Below are positions 25,954-32,000 of a stretch of DNA of 32,000 nt, piece by piece. Made by a program: the position numbers and the translations under genes. Each line of letters opens with the position of its first letter. The stretch's first letter is position 1. Source of the DNA: Synechococcus sp. A15-28 (GTDB lineage Bacteria > Cyanobacteriota > Cyanobacteriia > PCC-6307 > Cyanobiaceae); contig NZ_CP047931.1 in NCBI RefSeq assembly GCF_014280175.1, forward strand, positions 630,001 to 662,000, given 5' to 3'. The notes under the pieces are model-generated. The model saw nothing but the letters and a program-made list of their open reading frames with translations, had not been told where the DNA came from and made no database searches.

Positions 25954-27248
25954 ACGCTCTCTTTGAAGCGTGGTCTCAAACCCTTTACCAATGGAAGAAC
26001 AGCAAGGCTGATCCCCGCAACGGCAACCCAGAGCGTCAGTCCATGGCCCTGCTGATCCAGGAGTTTGCCGCCAAGAACTGGAGCTGCGATGGCACTGATC
26101 GCGAAGCATTGCGAAAACATCGCCATCGCGAGACCCCGATGTTCTGGCGGGGTTTCCTCCACAACGGCTTCTGTGGCTGTCGGCAGAAATGCCGCCTGGG
26201 CGAATGCCATCGGCAGCAAGCCCACCATGACAAGGCCAGTCCCCGAGGAGGTCAAGGCCGACAAGCCGATCAGCAGGCAACCGGCCGCGAAGGACACGAG
26301 GCTGAGACTGAGACCGAAGGACACACTGCGTTCCGACAGCCAGCGCCCCACCGGCCACTGCAGCAACACCAGAAGTGTGAGCTGGAAAGCGATCAGGGCG
26401 CTGCTGTGACTTTCGCTGAGACCCTGACGTTCCAGGCCCCCTCGGACGAGGTCCAGCGGCAGGGCGCTCTGCTGCAGTGAAAGGACCCCTGTTGCCACCA
26501 CACTCACCACCAGAACCGGCACCAAGGGCGGCAGCCAGGACAGATCGATTTTTTTTGTTGGCTTGTCTGGATGAACGTTCTCCGGTAACGGTCGTTTGTC
26601 CAGCAACGGGTCAACGCTGATCAGGATTAGGACACTGGCCATGCAGATGGCTTCCACGCCGTACACAAGACGCAAATGGCCAAGTGTGGCGGCGATCGTT
26701 CCCAGCAAAGCCCCAAGGCCGATCCCGAGGGCATCTGAACTGCGGACCAACGCATACCCGCGGCCGGATGGGAGGATGCCGCAGTTGAGGGGAACAGCCA
26801 ATTCGATGGCTGGCCAGTACAGACCAGCAGCACTGCCCAACAACAGCTGACCCAGCAGGTAGGCGCTGTACGTGTTGGCCTGAAACAGCATCAGGTCGGC
26901 GCTGATGGCCAGGAGTGTCGTGACTCGGATCGGCCAGGAACAGCGCAGGCCGCGATCAAGCAGAGCACCACTCAGCAACCGCACTGCTGTTCCCACCAAC
27001 GCGGAGACTGCAAGCCCACTTCCCACCTGACTGGCGGAGAAGGCAATGGCGTTGAACACCAGAGGCGTCATGAAGATGACGCCGCCGGCGCCGATCGAGG
27101 CCAGCAGCCGTAAACGGGTGACATTTCGCAGGCCTGGTGGAAACTGGTTCCACCACCGCAGAGGATCAGGCGTTGCTGCGCGGACGCTTATCAGGACGAT
27201 GCCTCGTGATGGGCTTGTTGAGCAGTCTGCTGGCCCTGCAGCAGGCAC
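25860..27248 (-). CDS. Major facilitator superfamily transporter
   Basis: About 12 predicted TM segments and an MFS-like loop motif (LLDRGLRCSWP). The central loop carries PDKPTKKIDLS. The only canonical start upstream of TM1 is GTG at 27248. Confidence 0.8.
   Translation of the reverse strand: MPAAGPADCSTSPSRGIVLISVRAATPDPLRWWNQFPPGLRNVTRLRLLASIGAGGVIFMTPLVFNAIAFSASQVGSGLAVSALVGTAVRLLSGALLDRGLRCSWPIRVTTLLAISADLMLFQANTYSAYLLGQLLLGSAAGLYWPAIELAVPLNCGILPSGRGYALVRSSDALGIGLGALLGTIAATLGHLRLVYGVEAICMASVLILISVDPLLDKRPLPENVHPDKPTKKIDLSWLPPLVPVLVVSVVATGVLSLQQSALPLDLVRGGLERQGLSESHSSALIAFQLTLLVLLQWPVGRWLSERSVSFGLSLSLVSFAAGCLLIGLSALTSSGTGLVMVGLLPMAFAQAAFLPTATEAVVEETPPEHRGLAMAMFSQCFAISAIAAPVLGGKLLDQQGHGLTLWVAVAGISLAVLPLVKGLRPRFKESVQGPTNNLSTLKQGLQAVSGTNGRPSPSTNR
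26549..26556. repeat. T8/A8 homopolymer inside the MFS coding sequence (codes ..TKKI.. in the central loop)
   Basis: Counted directly: 8 consecutive T on the plus strand. Confidence 0.95.
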
Positions 27249-28777
27249 CGTGGCCCGCGCGATCAGCTGAACGTCTGGAAGTCAGCATTGACGGCATTGT
27301 TCTGCCGCTGGATGTCGACGAGCTGGCCGGTTGGGTGAGTTCTGCGGAGGAGTCCCGCTCAGAGCTCGCGACCTGGATGCAGCTGCTGAATGACGAAAGC
27401 CGTGAAGGGTTAAGCCGTCTGCTGACGGCTCCAGTGTTGACCAGGCGCAGTTTCGGGCAGCAATTGCTGCGCAGTTGGGCAGCACGTCCGCTGTTGGAGG
27501 CCCTGGGAGAGCTGATCCGGCTTGAAGGAGGCGAACCCGTCGACAGTCTGCAGGTGCTGGAGACCCTTGAGCAGTTGTTGATCGAACGGGCAGAGGTCAC
27601 CACTCTCGACCTGTTGCAGGCTCTTCCTGGGCAGCAGCTGCGGCTCGACCTCGATGCCCTGGTCCTGGCGTCGTCCCGTTGGCGTCAGCAGTTGAAACGT
27701 CACCAGGGGTTGCTCCAGGACCTCGGGCGAGAGGCATTGGTCTCGACCGAAACAGAGCCCAGAAACGGTGTCTCCCGTTCCCCGATGCCTGTTCAACAGA
27801 CAAGGCATCTGATTCGCCTGCCCCATCGTGCTGAGCCCCTCCAGGTGGAGGTCTGGGTCCCTTTTGATCAGCGCCGGGATGGACTTTGGCTGGCCCTCAT
27901 GCCAGGGCTCGGGGGAAATCCGGAGCACATTTACTGGTTGGCTCGACGGGTGGCGGGTGCTGGCTGGCCCGTTGCCCTGCTGGAGCACCCAGGCAGCGAT
28001 GCTGTTGCCGTTCAGGCTCTGCTGGAGGGTCGACAACCGTTTGATGGAACAAAAGCTCTGAAGCAACGGCTGCAGGACCTTGCCGGAGTGCTGCAGGCTC
28101 AGAAGCTTCAGCAGCTGCCACTCAAGGGAAACCGCGTTGTGCTTGCAGGCCACTCCCTTGGTGCTCTGACTGCGCTGCTCTCGGCTGGAGCGGAGCCTCG
28201 CCAGGGCATGGGCGCCCGCTGCCGTCAGGCCCTGAAGGACCTTCCCCTGACCAACCTCTCCCGATTGCTTCAATGCGAGCTGGCGGAGGGCGATGCCCTG
28301 CGCTGGGTGGGAGACAAACCGCAACCCGCTGCAGTGGTGGGGCTCAACAGTCTTGGAAGCCTCGTCTGGGCGCCTGGCCCGCCCAGCCAGTGGCCGGTTC
28401 CTCTGCTGCTGCTGGGGGGGACGCTGGATCTGATCACGCCTCCCCTGGATGAGCAGGTGGGGGTCTTTTCAGCTCTGGCCAGCCATCCCACCAGCCGCGT
28501 TGTGGTTGTGGAGGGCGCCAGTCATTTCTCTCCGATTCGTGTCGGTGAGCCAATGGCAGCGGAGCGGAATGACGATCTGTTCCAGCTGGGCGAAGAGCTC
28601 GTCGGGATGGATCCGATCAGCGTTCAGGCCGTCATCGGTTTCGAGGTCATCAACTTCCTTGAGTCGGTTGCTTTAGGGGCTTCAGCCACGGAGACGCAAC
28701 ACTTCAGACGTGGCGACGTGCGTTGGCATCGGTTGAATCGCCAGGCAGCGGCGGATCTGTCCGCCAGGCATCAGTAG
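27209..28777 (+). CDS. Secreted DUF1400-like N-terminal domain fused to an alpha/beta hydrolase domain
   Basis: A signal-like N-terminus MGLLSSLLALQQAPWPARSA precedes AERLEVSIDGIVLPLDVDELAGWV, which resembles the cyanobacterial DUF1400 domain. The C-terminal half has GHSLGA and EGASHFSP motifs. Confidence 0.7.
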   Translation: MGLLSSLLALQQAPWPARSAERLEVSIDGIVLPLDVDELAGWVSSAEESRSELATWMQLLNDESREGLSRLLTAPVLTRRSFGQQLLRSWAARPLLEALGELIRLEGGEPVDSLQVLETLEQLLIERAEVTTLDLLQALPGQQLRLDLDALVLASSRWRQQLKRHQGLLQDLGREALVSTETEPRNGVSRSPMPVQQTRHLIRLPHRAEPLQVEVWVPFDQRRDGLWLALMPGLGGNPEHIYWLARRVAGAGWPVALLEHPGSDAVAVQALLEGRQPFDGTKALKQRLQDLAGVLQAQKLQQLPLKGNRVVLAGHSLGALTALLSAGAEPRQGMGARCRQALKDLPLTNLSRLLQCELAEGDALRWVGDKPQPAAVVGLNSLGSLVWAPGPPSQWPVPLLLLGGTLDLITPPLDEQVGVFSALASHPTSRVVVVEGASHFSPIRVGEPMAAERNDDLFQLGEELVGMDPISVQAVIGFEVINFLESVALGASATETQHFRRGDVRWHRLNRQAAADLSARHQ

Positions 28778-29790
28778 CGAATCCTGGGATCGAGGGCAGC
28801 CACCAGCAGATCCACGGCCACACTCACCAGCACCACAAGGGCCGCGATGACCACCACGATCCCCTGGACGACGGGATAGTCCCGCTGGTTGATAGCTTCC
28901 TGCAGGCGGAGGGCGATGCCTGGCCAGGAAAAGGTCACTTCGATCAGCAGGGCTCCGCCGATCAGAGAAGCCACGGTGATGCCGGCAATGGTGAGCACCG
29001 GCAGCAGTGCATTTGGGAGCCCATGGCGCAGCACCACTTGCGTTTCGCTCAGTCCCCGGCTGCGCGCTGCTTCGACGTAGTCACCACGCAGGGTTCGCCG
29101 GAGGTTGAGGCGCAGAGCCGTTGTGAAGGTGCCGCTCAGCAGCAGCGCCAGAGTTCCGGCGGGGAGAACTAGGTGTCTGATGGTGCCCCGCAAGGCGGTC
29201 CAGTCCAGCGCGACCAGACTGTCCATCAGGTAGAAACCACTGCCCTGAGGAGGCATCAGGCTCGGGGGAAACCGGCCACCCACAGGGAGCCATCCCAAGC
29301 TGACGGCGAAGAGCAGCTGCACCAGCATGGCCACCCAGAAGGGCGGTAGGGCGTAGGTGCCGAGGCCGTAGAGACGACCGGCCAGATCGAGCTTTCCCTC
29401 CGGACGTGCGATGCCGCTGAAGCCAACGCTGAGGCCGACGACGGCCGCCACAACAAGGGCGACAACACTCAACTCAAGGCTGGCCGGGAGGGTTCGGCTG
29501 ATGATGCTGCTGACCGGTTCCTGGTTAATCAACCCCTGTCCAAGGTCGCCTTGCACCAGGCCACGCAGGTAGTCCAGGTATTGATCCAGCAGCGATTGAT
29601 CAAGGCCGAGGCGAGCGCGCATCGCTGCCTTCGCGGCCGCTGGAGCACGGCTCCCCAGCACTGCATCAACAGGGTCCCCTGGGGCAACCCTCAACAGCAG
29701 AAACACCAGGGTGGCGATCAGCGAAAGCATGACCGGTGCCAGCCCCAGCCGGGTGGCGCTGTATCGCAGCAGAGCCCGAGCGCGTGCCAT
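28771..29790 (-). CDS. ABC transporter permease, DppB/OppB (peptide/nickel) family
   Basis: RLGLAPVMLSLIATLVFLLLRVAPGDP..., LGLDQSLLDQYLDYL and a binding-protein-dependent transport EAA-type loop (YVEAARSRGLSETQVVLRHGLPNAL). Confidence 0.9.
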   Translation of the reverse strand: MARARALLRYSATRLGLAPVMLSLIATLVFLLLRVAPGDPVDAVLGSRAPAAAKAAMRARLGLDQSLLDQYLDYLRGLVQGDLGQGLINQEPVSSIISRTLPASLELSVVALVVAAVVGLSVGFSGIARPEGKLDLAGRLYGLGTYALPPFWVAMLVQLLFAVSLGWLPVGGRFPPSLMPPQGSGFYLMDSLVALDWTALRGTIRHLVLPAGTLALLLSGTFTTALRLNLRRTLRGDYVEAARSRGLSETQVVLRHGLPNALLPVLTIAGITVASLIGGALLIEVTFSWPGIALRLQEAINQRDYPVVQGIVVVIAALVVLVSVAVDLLVAALDPRIRY

Positions 29791-31382
29791 CAGGGCAATG
29801 TCCTCAGCTGCGACAGGATCAGGTGTCCACTGCCATCGAAGCGTGGCCGTTCAAGGCTGGGTTGGCTCCAGGCGCGGGGTGCTTCCAGCCACACCGGAAT
29901 GTATGCGGCTCCCGCGGCGGTCATCGCCTCGAGGCGCTGCAACTCCCGGTGCCGTTCCTGCCCCCGTAGGCGATCACTGCGGGTGAGAGCCTCCTGCAAT
30001 CCTTCGGTGGTCCAGAAACTACCGCTAATGGTCGCTTCCCCCTCCAGGCAGACATCACCTCGGGGGGACGAGCAACTCAGCAGAGGTGTGAGGTAGGCCT
30101 CAGGATCCGGATAGCTGCCTCGCCAGTCGAGCATTACTGCTTTGAAGGCTCCTTCTCCGAGCTGGCGGTAGATGGTGGTGGATTCCACCCCATCGAGCTC
30201 CAGCACAAGGCAGTCCTGTAAATCGCGCTTGACCTGCGCCTGCCAGGTGAGGGCCAGCAGCTTGTCGGCGGGGACGTTGGAACGGAAGGTCAGGGGAATC
30301 CGCAGGGGGTTCCCCTGACAAAATCCCTCCTGGCGCAACAAATCCCGGGCCGCTTCGGGGGCGTGAGCAGGCCAACTGCTTTTGTGCGTTCCCGGGAGGC
30401 TGGGGGGAACCAGCGATCGCAGCGGTCGTCGCAGGCCGTAGCTGACCCGCTCGCTGATCTCCTGGCGGTTGATGCTGAGGGCCAGTGCCTGTCTCAGGCG
30501 TGGGTTGTTCAGCGGTGCCGCGTTGGAAAGCAGGGTGATGTAGCCGATCTCTGTCGCTGGACCGCTGGCTTCCAGCAGCTCCCCCTGCTGGGCCTGTTGA
30601 TGCAGAGCATCGCGCTGGTCTTCATCGATGGAGGGTGAGAGAAGCACGTCGACTTCGCCGCTGCGCAAGGCGCCGTAGAGCGCGGTGGAGTTGCTCAGCG
30701 TGATCAGATCCAGCCCAGCGTTGGTGGGAGGTTTGCCCCAGTACTCCGCAAATGGCTCGAGGCGCTGGTGGTGCTCACTGAAGTCGCTCAGCCGATAGGG
30801 ACCCGTGCCAACAAAACGGTTGTGGAGAAAACCATCGCGATGCTGGGCATAGGCCGTTGGCGACAAAGGCGTGAGGTTCACCGAGGTCAGCAGACCCTCG
30901 AGGGAGGTGGAGGGGCGACTCAGATGCAGCACGAGTCGATCGACTGCAGCCACCTCAACGGAGCTGATCCGTCCTCCCACCACGTAGCTGAGGGTGCCGA
31001 TCTCCAGAAAGCGGCGCAGGCTGAAGGCCATGGCCTCAGCGTCGAACGTTGTCCCGTCGTGAAAGCGCACATCCCTGCGCAGAGGAATGGTCACGGTCAT
31101 GCCGTCGGGGCTGACGATCGGGTCGGCCACGGCAAGTCTCGGGATCAGTTCCCCTCGCTCATCAAGGCTGTAAAGCGGATCCCCCAGGGCACTGAGCAGC
31201 TGGATGGTGTTGACGGTGCTGGCCTGGGCGGGGTCCAGGGAACTGATCTTGCCGGCAGAGGCCACCGTGATCCGACCCGTTTCCGTGGTGATGGGCTGAC
31301 ATGCCAGTTGGGCCAGGCCGAGCAGCACGGCACCGAAAGGGGCCAACCAAGACGTGGTCCGCTGTCTGTCAGCAGGCGTCAA
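29790..31382 (-). CDS. ABC transporter substrate-binding protein, family 5 (peptide/nickel type)
   Basis: N-terminal signal/lipoprotein-like WLAPFGAVLLGLAQLAC, followed by a typical SBP_bac_5 length. Its stop overlaps the permease ATG (TGATG at 29788-29792). The start is uncertain: TTG 31382 is proposed, and the track's longest start at 31520 overlaps the upstream ORF. Confidence 0.8.
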   Translation of the reverse strand: MTPADRQRTTSWLAPFGAVLLGLAQLACQPITTETGRITVASAGKISSLDPAQASTVNTIQLLSALGDPLYSLDERGELIPRLAVADPIVSPDGMTVTIPLRRDVRFHDGTTFDAEAMAFSLRRFLEIGTLSYVVGGRISSVEVAAVDRLVLHLSRPSTSLEGLLTSVNLTPLSPTAYAQHRDGFLHNRFVGTGPYRLSDFSEHHQRLEPFAEYWGKPPTNAGLDLITLSNSTALYGALRSGEVDVLLSPSIDEDQRDALHQQAQQGELLEASGPATEIGYITLLSNAAPLNNPRLRQALALSINRQEISERVSYGLRRPLRSLVPPSLPGTHKSSWPAHAPEAARDLLRQEGFCQGNPLRIPLTFRSNVPADKLLALTWQAQVKRDLQDCLVLELDGVESTTIYRQLGEGAFKAVMLDWRGSYPDPEAYLTPLLSCSSPRGDVCLEGEATISGSFWTTEGLQEALTRSDRLRGQERHRELQRLEAMTAAGAAYIPVWLEAPRAWSQPSLERPRFDGSGHLILSQLRTLP

Positions 31383-31662
31383 GACATTCGGGAGCCGACC
31401 TTGCGTATTTAAGCCCGACAGCTGAGATCTGCTGCAAGGACACCTCGAAGACCGGAGATCCCAATTTCGGTTCCATGGGCCAGCGGCGGACCCAGCAGCG
31501 GTCATGCTCTCCGTCGACACCGATCACCTGAAATATTCCTGCATCGCTGTGCAGGTTGACCTGATCCCCCTGCTGAATGTCCATGGCAGTTAACGGCTCC
31601 AAGAGCCTGCAGCCTTGAACAGCAGCGTCAGCGGTGGCGTTCGACATGAACAGTTCATGCAT
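31369..31662 (-). CDS. Hypothetical small protein (97 aa, or 92 aa from ATG 31647)
   Basis: ATG-initiated ORF with coding-like composition: ...GDQVNLHSDAGIFQVIGVDGEHDRCWVRRWP... (beta-rich, SH3/KOW-like impression only). Lies immediately upstream of the ABC binding-protein gene. Confidence 0.5.
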   Translation of the reverse strand: MHELFMSNATADAAVQGCRLLEPLTAMDIQQGDQVNLHSDAGIFQVIGVDGEHDRCWVRRWPMEPKLGSPVFEVSLQQISAVGLKYARSAPECLDAC

Positions 31663-31735
31663 GGATCAGCAAAAACTGACCCGTCCTGTTGAAGATCTTG
31701 ACACTGAAAGGGGCCTGTCGGGAGTGCCCTCGCCG

Positions 31736-32000
31736 TCAAAGGCAGCCCAGATGTGCTGCCAGTCCGGAGACTTCACTCAGGGCAGTAATGGAATCTAGAG
31801 CGGCAATCACCTTGCGCTGACTGACCTCATGGGTGATGACAACGATTTCTGCGCCCGCCTCGCTGGCATTGAATTGAACGATCGACTGGATGGACACCCC
31901 GGCATCCCCGAAGCGGCCGCCCACCTTGCCGATCACCCCAGGAGCATCTTCCGTAGTGAAACGCACGTAATGGCGTTGTCGGATGTCGCCGCTGTCCGCC
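31736..32000 (-). CDS. hom: Homoserine dehydrogenase, C-terminal ACT domain only; N-terminus lies beyond the window end
   Basis: ...RHYVRFTTEDAPGVIGKVGGRFGDAGVSIQSIVQFNASEAGAEIVVITHEV... is the characteristic C-terminal regulatory ACT domain. The frame stays open to position 32000. Confidence 0.85.
   Translation of the reverse strand, partial: ADSGDIRQRHYVRFTTEDAPGVIGKVGGRFGDAGVSIQSIVQFNASEAGAEIVVITHEVSQRKVIAALDSITALSEVSGLAAHLGCL

Noticed and set aside
27410-28324. 304-aa minus-strand ORF. The same class includes 19429..20163, 17694..18266, 10475..11119, 11148..11714, 24215..24766, 30768..31412, 18331..18921 and 14835..15236.
   Set aside because: All are antisense or off-frame within genes that have strong motif support, and none has recognisable domains.

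Overview
High-GC (about 60% by eye, not computed) chromosomal segment. Gene content (petM, ycf39, NTRC, pntAB, desA, dxr, SNF-type transporter, ilvH, hom) and very tight packing look like the core genome of a marine Synechococcus-type picocyanobacterium. That assignment is inference; no search was run. I support about 35 protein genes, packed almost end to end, many with 1-4 nt stop/start overlaps. I found no rRNA, tRNA, CRISPR array, transposase/integrase or phage-like genes. Most long extra ORFs in the six-frame track are antisense or off-frame shadows of real genes, as expected in GC-rich DNA. I do not see a coherent, clearly novel multi-gene system. The most interesting points are: (1) an orphan SF2 helicase whose Walker A motif lies upstream of any in-frame start codon, next to a 10-nt tandem repeat and an A5 run that would each explain a frameshift, and which is flanked by small unknown ORFs; (2) an ArsM-like methyltransferase with terminal Cys pairs, translationally coupled to an unknown 71-aa protein; (3) a co-directional dxr / thioredoxin-like 2Fe-2S ferredoxin / Delta12-desaturase run, with an AT-richer fdx-desA part; (4) a YheT-like hydrolase chained by overlaps onto pntA-pntA2-pntB; (5) an IF-1 paralogue with an Arg/Gly/Pro tail; (6) an AT-richer islet of two small membrane/secreted ORFs. 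All product calls come from motif recognition by eye, not database hits.
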